Source: Gammaproteobacteria bacterium (GTDB taxonomy: Bacteria > Pseudomonadota > Gammaproteobacteria > Eutrophobiales > Eutrophobiaceae). Taken from it: DNA of 64,000 nt. The notes under the pieces are model-generated. The model had not been told where the DNA came from, made no database searches, and saw only the letters and a program-made list of their open reading frames with translations. The stretch lies in contig CBDCDS010000003.1 of NCBI GenBank assembly GCA_965215365.1, positions 256,001 through 320,000 of the forward strand, in the 5' to 3' direction. How positions within the stretch are numbered: the stretch's first letter is position 1; each line of letters begins with the position of its first letter. This document shows, one piece after another, positions 52,693 to 61,483 of the stretch. The position numbers were made by a program, and so were the translations under genes.

Positions 52693-53085
52693 ATGGAAAG
52701 TCTGGTCGAGGGTGACCTCGTAGCCCTGCTGCAACGCCGGGATATTCTGGTAGATCGCATCCATCCCAGGCCTTATGGCAAGCGCAACGGCGAGGACTTT
52801 GAGTTTGACATTGTGGCGATTAACGGGGTCGAAGTGGTGGTGGTGGAAGTGAAGACCACCTTGTGTGCGGCGGACATCAAACACTTTCTGAAAAAACTGC
52901 TCAAATACACGTATTACGAACCGGAACATCGGGGCAAGACGATTTACGGGGCGATGGCCTACCTCAAAACCAGCAAGGCTGCCAAAACACATGCAGAACG
53001 CCAGGGCCTGTTCGTCATCCGCGCCACCGGCGACAGTGCCAGCATCGTTAATGAGGAGGGGTTTGTGCCACGGGTGTTTGAGTGA
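52693..53085 (+). CDS. PD-(D/E)XK nuclease-like paralog lacking the coiled coil
   Basis: MESLVEGDLV...EFDIVAING...VVEVK; C-terminus shared with the upstream paralog. Confidence 0.7.
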   Translation: MESLVEGDLVALLQRRDILVDRIHPRPYGKRNGEDFEFDIVAINGVEVVVVEVKTTLCAADIKHFLKKLLKYTYYEPEHRGKTIYGAMAYLKTSKAAKTHAERQGLFVIRATGDSASIVNEEGFVPRVFE

Positions 53086-53189
53086 GCGCGGCCTGTTTGC
53101 GGTGAACGGTTACGGTGAACAGGCAAGCATCCCGGTCATTCACATTGTGGACATCACGTAGATTTTTTGGAAAAACTTGTATGGGAGTG

Positions 53190-54322
53190 TGTCCGGGTTC
53201 AGAAACAAGTGAGACTCTTTAGATAAAGAAATCGGGTAGTTAAGTGTGTAAAGTGATTTCGATTAACTTACACAGGAGGACTACCCGATGCAGATCAAAA
53301 GCCTGCGGGTGAAATCATATCGCAGTTGGCGCGTCGATGATACTACCGATGCTGACGCGCTCGGTCGTTTGAAGCAGTTGGAATTAGTTGCGACGTTACG
53401 CGAGGATGGGTGTGGTGAGGCGACGGCACTGGCAGCAGTAGGTTGGTCGAGGGCGACCTACTACCGTTGGTTGAAGCGGTATCGTGAACATGGGCTGAAG
53501 GGTCTGGGGTGTGGCTCTCGTGCGCCGCGGCGGCGGCGTGTGCCGCAATGGACGCGCCAGCACGAGCAGCAGGTCTTGCACCTTCGCCAACGTTATCCGT
53601 TATGGGGCAAGCGTAAGCTCTGGCGGGTGGGGGTGCGCGAGCAGGGCTGGACTTTGAGCGAGAGTACGGTCGGGCGCATCGTGGCGAAGCGGGTGCGGCT
53701 GGGCCGGGTCAAGCCGGTGGCGTTTTACTATGGCCGGGTGAAGCCTAAGCGCCGCCGGGCGTTTACCCATCATGCCAAGCGCTGGCGCTACGGGATGAAG
53801 GCTAAGGCGCCAGGGGAGTTGATGCAGATAGACCACATGAGTGTCGGCTTCACGGACGGCATCACGGTGAAGGAGTTCAAGGCCGTCTGTCCGGTGAGCA
53901 AATGGAGTGCGCTGCGAGCCTACAGTCGGGCCACCAGTGGCAATGCCCGGCGCTTCTTAAAAGCGCTGTGCCAAGAGGCGCCGTTTCCCATCCGTTCTAT
54001 CCAGGTCGATGGCGGCTCGGAGTTCCGAGATGAGTTCGAGCAGGCTTGCCAGGACTTAGGAATCCCCCTGTACGTGCTGCCCCCGAAAAAACCCGAATAC
54101 AACGGCTGTGTAGAACGCGCCAACGCCACCAGCCGCTATGAGTTCTATCCGTTCTACGAGGGTCCACTGACCGTGGCCGCCATCAACCGCAAACTGGCAG
54201 AGTATCAGCAATACTACAATACCTACCGGCCGCATGACGGTATGGGTTTATTAACCCCAATGGAGTATTATCAACAACTCACACAGCCTGCCTCTGAGTC
54301 TCATATGTATTGAACCTGGACA
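53190..54322 (+). mobile_element. IS481-family insertion sequence, apparently intact (1133 bp)
   Basis: Imperfect TIRs TGTCCGGGTTCA / TGAACCTGGACA (TGT...ACA ends); single DDE transposase; no obvious target duplication. Confidence 0.88.
53288..54313 (+). CDS. IS481-family DDE transposase
   Basis: HTH SRATYYRW; QIDH, QVDGGSEF, NGCVERAN, YNTYRPH. Confidence 0.92.
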   Translation: MQIKSLRVKSYRSWRVDDTTDADALGRLKQLELVATLREDGCGEATALAAVGWSRATYYRWLKRYREHGLKGLGCGSRAPRRRRVPQWTRQHEQQVLHLRQRYPLWGKRKLWRVGVREQGWTLSESTVGRIVAKRVRLGRVKPVAFYYGRVKPKRRRAFTHHAKRWRYGMKAKAPGELMQIDHMSVGFTDGITVKEFKAVCPVSKWSALRAYSRATSGNARRFLKALCQEAPFPIRSIQVDGGSEFRDEFEQACQDLGIPLYVLPPKKPEYNGCVERANATSRYEFYPFYEGPLTVAAINRKLAEYQQYYNTYRPHDGMGLLTPMEYYQQLTQPASESHMY

Positions 54323-54462
54323 CATGATTGACAATGTCATCAATTTTAGGAATCATTGTTTCCTTGCGTGTAGCTTTGGCGGTTAAAAATGCGCAAATTG
54401 GACGAAAAACAGAGCCATGTTGGTATGCAATACTTCAATCTACAGCTATTTGGAGATGAAAA

Positions 54463-55119
54463 ATGCTTAAGTTAATGACATTGCCCACCCCCCCCCAGAA
54501 CAAAACACATCTTGAACACCGGACAGCGCTCATCGTCGCATTGGCGGCCCTGACGCTGGCCCTGCCATCGGCGGTGATGGCGCAGAACGCCTGCACAACT
54601 GGAACATGCACGATCTCCGTCACCGGCAACATCAACGGCTACCACGTGGGCGGCTGCGGCGGCGACCACTTGCGCTGGCATCTGCGCCTGTCGTCCACCA
54701 ATCCCGCCGTCGCCTTCAGAGACTTTGGCGGATCAACCGTCAGAATTGAAGTCAAAACCCAGCCATCCACTGAATGGAACCAGCTGGAATGGCGGCGCGA
54801 GGGTGGAGCGTGGCAAAATCTCGCCCCGAGTAGAGAGGGCGGTTATGCTACTTTTGGAACCGGAGCCTTGGACCAGGACCTCGCCCTGGATATCCGGCCC
54901 AGGACCGGAGCCGTGATCAAGGGCTTGGGCGGGAACATCGGCAGCGGCATGATGGCCATCTGGGTTGATGAAATTAGGTCCAACCCCAAGCCGTATGCAG
55001 TCAGGAAAACCAGCACCACCGCCTTCTTCTCGAGTGGCGAGGGCTGCGGCCGCAGCCTGCCCTCCGGCTATAACGAGCCGGACGGCCATCTCTATGAGGA
55101 CGGGGTGCGCATCCGCTGA
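54463..55119 (+). CDS. Secreted hypothetical protein
   Basis: GGAG RBS, signal peptide ending VMA|Q, four cysteines. Confidence 0.65.
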   Translation: MLKLMTLPTPPQNKTHLEHRTALIVALAALTLALPSAVMAQNACTTGTCTISVTGNINGYHVGGCGGDHLRWHLRLSSTNPAVAFRDFGGSTVRIEVKTQPSTEWNQLEWRREGGAWQNLAPSREGGYATFGTGALDQDLALDIRPRTGAVIKGLGGNIGSGMMAIWVDEIRSNPKPYAVRKTSTTAFFSSGEGCGRSLPSGYNEPDGHLYEDGVRIR

Positions 55120-55302
55120 CCAAAGGGAGCCGCTGGTGCAGAGCCGGTGGCCAGCTTGCTGATCTTCGAGGTGGACAGTGTTGCCGAGGCGACCGCCATG
55201 CTCCAGGCCGACCCCTACTACCAGGCCGGTCTCTGGCAGGAAGTCCGCATACAGGAGTTCAAAGGCGTAGTCGGTAGCTGGGTGGGCGGCAGGCAGTGGT
55301 GA
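55120..55302 (+). pseudogene. YciI-family 3' remnant
   Basis: Hand translation ...EPVASLLIFEVDSVAEATAMLQADPYYQAGLW...GSWVGGRQW*; N-terminal half is missing. Confidence 0.6.
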
Positions 55303-55315
55303 GGCGCAAAAAACT

Positions 55316-56731
55316 TTAAGCGGGGAACCACCACGGGTCCCAAGCCCCTTGAGTATTCTCAAGCAGCGCCTTGGTCCGCAGAAAACGGTTGATGGAAGCC
55401 GGCCCCATGCGTGAGCCGCCCATGCCGGAGGCCTTGAATGCCTGCTTCTCACCTTCGTGCATAACGCTGGTCAAAGCTGCGTCGTTAATACTGACTGCGC
55501 CGGCCTCCAGTCTGGCGGCGATACCCCGGGCGCGCTCGGCCTCGTTGGCAAACACGGCCGCAGACAGGCCGAAGATCGTATCATTGGCCAGTTCCACAGC
55601 CTGCTCATCGGTGTCGAAGGCCATCACCGGCAATATCGGCGCAAAGGTTTCTTCGGTCATGATCAGCATGTCATGATTGACGTTGGACAGCACAGTGGGT
55701 TGACACCACAGCCCGCCGTTGTGTTCGACAATCCCGCCGCCGCATTGCACCTGCGCGCCTTTGGCCGCGGCGTCCTGCAAATGAGCCTCAATAATGTCGC
55801 GCTGGCGCGCTGAGATAATCGGGCCAATCTCGCCCTCGTCGATGGCGTGGGTGTTCAACTTCAGGGAACCGGCTTGTTGCGCCAGGGCCGCGCTCAGGTC
55901 GTGACAGATCGGGGCTTCGGCATACACCCGCTCAATCGACAGGCAGGATTGACCGGCATTCACCATGCCGCCCCAGCACAGCGCCGCGGCGGTGCGTTTA
56001 AGATCGGTATCGGCGGTGACTATGGCCGGGTCCTTGCCGCCCAGTTCCAACTGGCAGGGGATGAAGTTGCGCGCCGCCGCCAGCGCCACCTGTTTGCCGG
56101 TTGCCACACTGCCGGTAAAGCAAACCAGATCGGCCTGATCGATGAGCGCGCCGCCCAGGCTGCCGTCTCCGGGCACAAAATGAAACACTGAAGCAAGATC
56201 TGCCACGCCCGCCAGGATCTGCGCCAGCGGCGCAACGAAGCGCGGCGTGATTTCACTCGGTTTGACAATCACCGCGCTACCGGCCAGCAGCGCCGGAATG
56301 GCGTCAATGCAGGACAGCAGCAGGGGAAAATTCCAGGGGGATATAACAGCCGTCAGCGGGTAGGGCAGCCGTTGTGCGCCGACCTCAATAAAAGGGATAG
56401 TCGTTGTTTTGCGCTCACCGGCTGCCAGCAATGCCGGGGCCAGACCACACCAGCGTTCGATGCTGGCCACCACGGCGTTAATTTCCAGTTCCGTCTCCGT
56501 ACTGCGACCGGTATCGGCGCACAGGGCCGCGAACAACGCGTCGCGCTGCGCCGAGATAGCGCCCGCCAGTTCCAGTAAAGCCCGGCAACGCCGCGCCACG
56601 CCGCCTTCCAGCCACTGCTGCTGCGCGGCGCGTGCATCAAGCGCCAGACGCGCCAGTTCCGCAGTGCTGACTTGCTCAAAATGATAGTCAATACGACCGC
56701 TGCGGGGATTGCGAACCTCAATTAAAGCCAT
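55316..56731 (-). CDS. Aldehyde dehydrogenase family protein
   Basis: SPWNFP, KPSE, FTGS, LELGGKD, GQSC, EETFAP. Confidence 0.93.
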   Translation of the reverse strand: MALIEVRNPRSGRIDYHFEQVSTAELARLALDARAAQQQWLEGGVARRCRALLELAGAISAQRDALFAALCADTGRSTETELEINAVVASIERWCGLAPALLAAGERKTTTIPFIEVGAQRLPYPLTAVISPWNFPLLLSCIDAIPALLAGSAVIVKPSEITPRFVAPLAQILAGVADLASVFHFVPGDGSLGGALIDQADLVCFTGSVATGKQVALAAARNFIPCQLELGGKDPAIVTADTDLKRTAAALCWGGMVNAGQSCLSIERVYAEAPICHDLSAALAQQAGSLKLNTHAIDEGEIGPIISARQRDIIEAHLQDAAAKGAQVQCGGGIVEHNGGLWCQPTVLSNVNHDMLIMTEETFAPILPVMAFDTDEQAVELANDTIFGLSAAVFANEAERARGIAARLEAGAVSINDAALTSVMHEGEKQAFKASGMGGSRMGPASINRFLRTKALLENTQGAWDPWWFPA

Positions 56732-56792
56732 GGTTATCGATACTCTATTTGTACGTTGTCAGCATTATCCTGCTGCTGATATAGCGGTAATA

Positions 56793-57194
56793 TTACGCGC
56801 ATGCATCGTAAGAGAGCAGGTGAGGATATGCCAGGATACGATCATCTGCGGTCATCAGGATGAGGTCGTGTACCACTGCCGTGGCTACAAGAATCCGGTC
56901 GGCAGGGTCGCGGTGAAATTCTCCGGGAAGTTCGTAGGCAGCCAGGGCTATCTCATGCGTGATCAGGATGGTTTCAGCGTGAAGCGCTTGCAGCGCTTCC
57001 GGGATCCAGGTTTGCAGTTTGCCGGCCAGGGTCAAACGTCCTCCCCATGCCAGACGCGCGATCTCCAATGACGAAATACTTGAGATGAACAACGTGTTGT
57101 CTTCGTTAAGAAGCATATCCTTTGATTTCGATCCTAATCGTTCTTGCGCTTCCTGTGTCCATAGCCAAACATGTGTATCAAGCAAAATCCTCAT
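56793..57194 (-). CDS. vapC: Type II TA toxin, PIN domain
   Basis: MRILLDTH, HRDPADR, TAD. Confidence 0.88.
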   Translation of the reverse strand: MRILLDTHVWLWTQEAQERLGSKSKDMLLNEDNTLFISSISSLEIARLAWGGRLTLAGKLQTWIPEALQALHAETILITHEIALAAYELPGEFHRDPADRILVATAVVHDLILMTADDRILAYPHLLSYDACA

Positions 57195-57427
57195 TGCTCC
57201 ATGTCCCACTCATCCATGAAGTCGGAATGGACAATATCGCCATGAACGGTAATTCGGCCACGCAGTTTACCCAGTTCCCGCTTGCGGGAAGCATCTTCGA
57301 TATACGGGTTGATCACGGCAATGGGGCGCTTGCGCAATGTCACCATGAGCGGTTCTCCCGTTATTTTTACGGTCTTCAATTTATCAATGCACTTTGCCTT
57401 GAATTCCGAAATGCCTATCTCTTTCAT
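57191..57427 (-). CDS. Phd/YefM-family antitoxin
   Basis: MKEIGISEFKAKC...TGEPLMVT; overlaps the vapC start. Confidence 0.85.
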   Translation of the reverse strand: MKEIGISEFKAKCIDKLKTVKITGEPLMVTLRKRPIAVINPYIEDASRKRELGKLRGRITVHGDIVHSDFMDEWDMEQ

Positions 57428-57461
57428 TATGATCTCAATATATCAACACTCAACTAATATA

Positions 57462-57481
57462 ACCTGGTCAACTGACCAGGT
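57462..57481. promoter_or_regulatory. Palindromic operator upstream of the TA operon
   Basis: ACCTGGTCA-AC-TGACCAGGT perfect inverted repeat. Confidence 0.6.
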
Positions 57482-57516
57482 CAACTAATTAGTCAACCGG
57501 TGTTAGTCAACCGATG

Positions 57517-58563
57517 TTAAATCAAGTCCTGCTTGATTAATTCATCAATGACGCTTTTCAGTGTCTTAATGAAATGGCTGCGCTCGGGCACGATGGCGGC
57601 GCCGGTATCGTCCAGCAGGGTGTTGGCGGGGTAGCGCGCCTGCGGCTGGGCGATGTGCGCATACAGTTCCAGCCGCTGGCGCGCCAGCAGGCTGGACATG
57701 CCGGGGCGGCGGCGCTGGCGGCGCAGGGCGGCTATGTCGATTTCGTGGTTGGCGACCATACTCTCGCCGTATCCCGCCGCCGCCAGCACCTTGCCCTGAT
57801 AGTCGATGACCTTGGACATACCGTCCGTGGACGACTCGGGAATCCCCGTGCCGCAGATGCCGCCGCTGTTGGCAGAAATGACGTAGGCCTGGTTTTCACT
57901 GGCGCGGGCGCGTTTGGCAAGGTCCTTGGGAGTCAGTTCCGGGCTACCCACCTCGCTGGTTGAATGCAGCAGCACCTCGGCGCCGCGCAGCGCCAGCGCG
58001 CGACTGAGCTCCGGGTAGAGGATCTCCTCCGAGGCCACCGTCGCCAGCCGCCCCAGCTCGGTGTCCGCCACCGGGAAGATCCCGGCCACGCCGTAGCGGT
58101 CGAGATAGCGCTCCCAGACATCGTGCGGGGTCGGGGCAAACAGGGAGAGCAGGCGGCGGTAGCGATGGATGGTGTCACCGTTCGGCGCAATAATGAAACT
58201 GGCCTGAAAATAAAGCCCCGGAAAGGCCCGGTCGCGCTCATACACATTGCCGGACAGGTAAACATCATTATCCTGGCAAATCTTCCCCAACGCCTCATAT
58301 TCCGGCCCGTCCACATCGATGCCGGCTTTTTCAGCCCAGGCATCCACCGGGTCACCCATCGGGAACCCGGTCAGGAAGTATTCCGGCGCCACCACCAGAC
58401 GCGTATCCGGCCCGATAAAGCCCTTGCTCGCCGCCACCTGCACACCACAGGTCTCAATCGCGGAGAAAATACTACGACGCGCCTCGGCCACACTCAAGGC
58501 ATTCACCGCCCGGCAACAGGTCTGCAGGGCCAGGGCGTAGTAGGGGGTCATGGTTTTAACCAT
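57517..58563 (-). CDS. Nitrilase/carbon-nitrogen hydrolase family protein
   Basis: VAPEYFLTGF, SEEILYPE, RARASEN, SAN. Confidence 0.82.
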   Translation of the reverse strand: MVKTMTPYYALALQTCCRAVNALSVAEARRSIFSAIETCGVQVAASKGFIGPDTRLVVAPEYFLTGFPMGDPVDAWAEKAGIDVDGPEYEALGKICQDNDVYLSGNVYERDRAFPGLYFQASFIIAPNGDTIHRYRRLLSLFAPTPHDVWERYLDRYGVAGIFPVADTELGRLATVASEEILYPELSRALALRGAEVLLHSTSEVGSPELTPKDLAKRARASENQAYVISANSGGICGTGIPESSTDGMSKVIDYQGKVLAAAGYGESMVANHEIDIAALRRQRRRPGMSSLLARQRLELYAHIAQPQARYPANTLLDDTGAAIVPERSHFIKTLKSVIDELIKQDLI

Positions 58564-58587
58564 GCAACTTCCATTGATAAGGGTGCC

Positions 58588-58875
58588 TCATACCCCCTCG
58601 ACCAGCAACACGCTCACGTCCACGGCGCCTTCCCGCACTTTTTTCAACTCGGCATAATCGTCGGAATGCCACAGGGCGCGGGCTGCGTCCATGGAGGGCC
58701 ACTCGGAGATGACCAGGGCCTGGTGGTCCCAGTCGCCTTCCAGTTTTTCGACCTCGCCGCCCAGGGCCAGGTATTTGCCGCCGTATTGGGCTACCAGGGC
58801 CGGCATGCGTTGGGCGTATTCGGCAAATTGTTCGGGCCGGGTGACGGTGGCTTGTACGATCATATAGGCTGGCAT
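58588..58875 (-). CDS. DUF1330 family protein
   Basis: MPAYMIV...YGGKYLALGG...LEGDW...WHSDDY. Confidence 0.85.
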   Translation of the reverse strand: MPAYMIVQATVTRPEQFAEYAQRMPALVAQYGGKYLALGGEVEKLEGDWDHQALVISEWPSMDAARALWHSDDYAELKKVREGAVDVSVLLVEGV

Positions 58876-58885
58876 GGCGTGGCTC

Positions 58886-59614
58886 CTACTTTTCAAATTC
58901 CACCAGTTCGTAAAACGTTTGCATGTACCCGCCCACGGCGCCGCGTAAAAAGATGTAGTCGCCATCGGCGCTGCACCAGATGTCGTACTCCGGGTGTTCC
59001 TCCGGCAGTTGTCCGGCGGTATCGACATAGCGGAAATGGAGCGCGTCGAAGGTGCCAGCGGGTACGGTGATGGTGTCCTCGCCGACGTATTCAATGCCGA
59101 ACCCGAGCTTAAACAGCAGCGGCCCCGTGGCGCCCCGGTGGTCGGGCGAGGTCACCATCATGTCCGGGAAGAAAGTCCGGCCCGGCCCGCGTCCAAGATC
59201 ATAGACGCATAGGCATAAGGCGTCGCCGATGATGGGGTGGCCGGTCAACCAGCGCGTGCGTCGTTCCAGTTCCAGGCGTTGTGAGATGCGTCCGTCCTTG
59301 GCGTTGAACAGCTCCGTTTCCGCACAGCTGTCGGTAAACCGCATCCAGCCGGAACCCTCGAACTGATCATCAATGGTCAGGCGCACGAAACAGTCCAGGG
59401 GGTAATTGTCGGCGTCCATACTCAGCACCACATCGCGCAACACGGTGGGCGGGTCATCTATTTCACAATGGGCGCGCAAGGTGCGTTTGCCGTCATTATG
59501 GACGGTGATAATAAACGATTCCCGCCCGCGCTCCTGTCCCAGACGTTCCGGTTTGTTACTGGTGTAGAGGATTTTGCCGCGTAGTGTTCGGTGTTTCATT
59601 TCAAGGAGCCTCAT
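58886..59614 (-). CDS. Conserved hypothetical protein
   Basis: 242-aa ORF in operon with DUF1330 and the nitrilase-like gene; TITVPAGTF motif. Confidence 0.75.
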   Translation of the reverse strand: MRLLEMKHRTLRGKILYTSNKPERLGQERGRESFIITVHNDGKRTLRAHCEIDDPPTVLRDVVLSMDADNYPLDCFVRLTIDDQFEGSGWMRFTDSCAETELFNAKDGRISQRLELERRTRWLTGHPIIGDALCLCVYDLGRGPGRTFFPDMMVTSPDHRGATGPLLFKLGFGIEYVGEDTITVPAGTFDALHFRYVDTAGQLPEEHPEYDIWCSADGDYIFLRGAVGGYMQTFYELVEFEK

Positions 59615-59628
59615 CAGGCAGGAGGTAT

Positions 59629-59940
59629 CTACATCACGATAATCTGCCCGCTTGCGATCCGGTGTGCCACGGACGCGAGATAGGTCTGGTACGGCATACC
59701 CAGCTCCCGGGCAATGGCTTTCACGCGTTTGATATCACGCTCTTGCAGGCGCAAAGTGACAGCCTTGCGTTTCTGGGTATTCTCAAGGACACTTTTCCAC
59801 TCCGCGCGGACAGCCTTTTGCTCAACCGCACTTTGCGGTGAGACGCCCCCACTCTCGATAGCCGCCTCAAAATCCGTCACGAATTCTTGTTCTTCTTCAT
59901 CCGGAAACGGGTCAGGACTATACTGCCGTACATTACTCAT
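59629..59940 (-). CDS. CopG/RHH-type antitoxin
   Basis: KAVTLRL...A.ELGMPYQTYL motif. Confidence 0.78.
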   Translation of the reverse strand: MSNVRQYSPDPFPDEEEQEFVTDFEAAIESGGVSPQSAVEQKAVRAEWKSVLENTQKRKAVTLRLQERDIKRVKAIARELGMPYQTYLASVAHRIASGQIIVM

Positions 59941-60035
59941 GTTTGTCTCTCTCCGGCAACCTCTGGAACAAACGCTTGGCCTTGCGGCTGCGATAGATGG
60001 TCTTCAGGAAGCGTACATTACCTTTCTTAATATAT
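59933..60035 (-). pseudogene. 3' remnant of the cognate BrnT-like toxin
   Basis: Hand translation YIKKGNVRFLKTIYRSRKAKRLF...HE*, overlapping the antitoxin start; cut at the IS5-like end. Confidence 0.55.
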
Positions 60036-60227
60036 GGGCACCTCTATTAACTCACCCCCGATGGTATAATACGGGGCACTGATTATCAATTTATCTGAGA
60101 AGGTGCTCTGATGCAAAACGACGACATATTCGGTTCTTTTTTTGACCCGCAGGACGCCCGTCTGGACAAACTGGGCGACCCGTTGGTACGGCTTGATAAG
60201 GTGGTGGACTGGTCGGCGTTTCGTTAA
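60036..60227 (+). mobile_element. IS5-family 5' remnant
   Basis: End GGGCACCTCTATTAA; ORF 60111-60227 MQNDDIFGSFFDPQDARLDKLGDPLVRLDKVVDWSAFR* is a typical IS5 transposase N-terminus. Confidence 0.65.
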
Positions 60228-60697
60228 ACCAAAACCTGCGCGAGGCGAAGCGTCAAAAGAACGATGACTTCTATAAATACGTCGCCCAACTGGTACAGCA
60301 TGGCAAGAAGTTCCTGATTATCGGGAATGTGAATGCCATCACCTATAAGGAGATATTCCCTCTTATCAAGGACGGTAGAATATGGCTCGACCCCAAAGAG
60401 CTTGAGGCCGACATTGCGCGCCTGATGGTGGACGATGACGTGACGAAGAAGTCAGGGGTTTACCCGTATCTCCTTACCGGCGATGAAAAGCACCTGAGCA
60501 TCCGGGCATTCTCTGAGGCCATGAAGCAGCAGGCATACGAAAAGCAGGCTGGAATATGCCTTGTGTGCGGGGAAAAGTTTGAACTATCGGAAATGGAAGC
60601 AGACCATATCGATCCCTGGAGTAAAGGCGGAAAGACCAACGAGGACAACTGCCAGATGTTATGCCGGCCGTGTAACCGTAGAAAATCATCAAGATAA
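60227..60697 (+). pseudogene. In-frame chimera of EcoRI-like adenine MTase fragments and an HNH endonuclease C-terminus
   Basis: NLREAKRQKNDDFY | YVAQLV...FLIIGNVNAITYKEIFPLIK...IWL | DPKELE...CLVC...EADHIDPWSKGGKT..NCQMLC..CN. Confidence 0.7.
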
Positions 60698-60702
60698 AAG
60701 CT

Positions 60703-61179
60703 ATGACGTTCTCAACGGCAGATCTGCATGATACGCACGAGAGCAAGGTCCGCGTTGCCAGCATTCTCATGCAGTCCTACGGACAAAAAGTCCGGTTCTC
60801 CGGTGCTATCGCCACGGTAAAATGTTTCGAGGATAACTCTCTGGTCCGAGCGGCGCTGGAAGAACCCGGCAACGGCCGCGTGCTGGTCGTCGATGGTGGC
60901 GGCTCCATCCGCTGCGCCCTGGTCGGCGACAAACTGGCGCAACTGGCGCTGAACAACGGCTGGACCGGACTGGTAGTCCACGGTTGCATCCGCGACGCCG
61001 CCGTCATCGCAACACTGAATACCGGCATCAAGGCCCTGGGCACAAACCCCAGACGCAGCGTCAAGCAAGGCCAGGGCGAACGCGACATCCCCTTGGCCTT
61101 CGCCGATACCACTTTCACGCCGGGCCACTGGCTCTATGCCGATGAAGACGGTATCCTGCTCAGTTCGGTGGAGTTGTAG
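60703..61179 (+). CDS. rraA: RraA family (RNase E regulator / HMG aldolase-like)
   Basis: TADLHD, VKCFEDNS, VLVVDGGGS, GCIRD, YADEDG. Confidence 0.9.
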   Translation: MTFSTADLHDTHESKVRVASILMQSYGQKVRFSGAIATVKCFEDNSLVRAALEEPGNGRVLVVDGGGSIRCALVGDKLAQLALNNGWTGLVVHGCIRDAAVIATLNTGIKALGTNPRRSVKQGQGERDIPLAFADTTFTPGHWLYADEDGILLSSVEL

Positions 61180-61276
61180 AAACCTCTCAACCCTGCAACA
61201 GTTCGGCCCCTTCAAGTCGAGCTACCTTCCGGCCAAACGTATATAGAAGATGTGCCTGTGACCTCTGTGTTGCCTT

Positions 61277-61417
61277 TAGCTCGCATATCTCACCAAGACC
61301 AGCGAGGGCGCATCAAGCGCAGTGTGTTATGCGGAAAGAGCAGCAGTATTATCATCACTTATTGAGAGCAATCATGTTTCATAAGGCAACAAGCGACTTG
61401 GTGAGATCTGCGGGTTA
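61277..61417. mobile_element. MITE family A, complete copy (~141 bp)
   Basis: TIRs TAGCTCGCATATCTCACCAAG / CTTGGTGAGATCTGCGGGTTA; solo ends at 10676, 12943, 15210, 22288, 44837 and 46207. Confidence 0.75.
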
Positions 61418-61483
61418 ATAGCTTTCCCTTCGCTATAGCAAAATGCAGGTGAATACAAGGGATGAATGACTTATACTCTCTGC

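Noticed and set aside
57484-57518. TAGTCAACCGxTGT 14-bp tandem repeat upstream of the TA operon
   Set aside because: Only two copies; likely extra operator half-sites or an insertion scar, too little to claim more.
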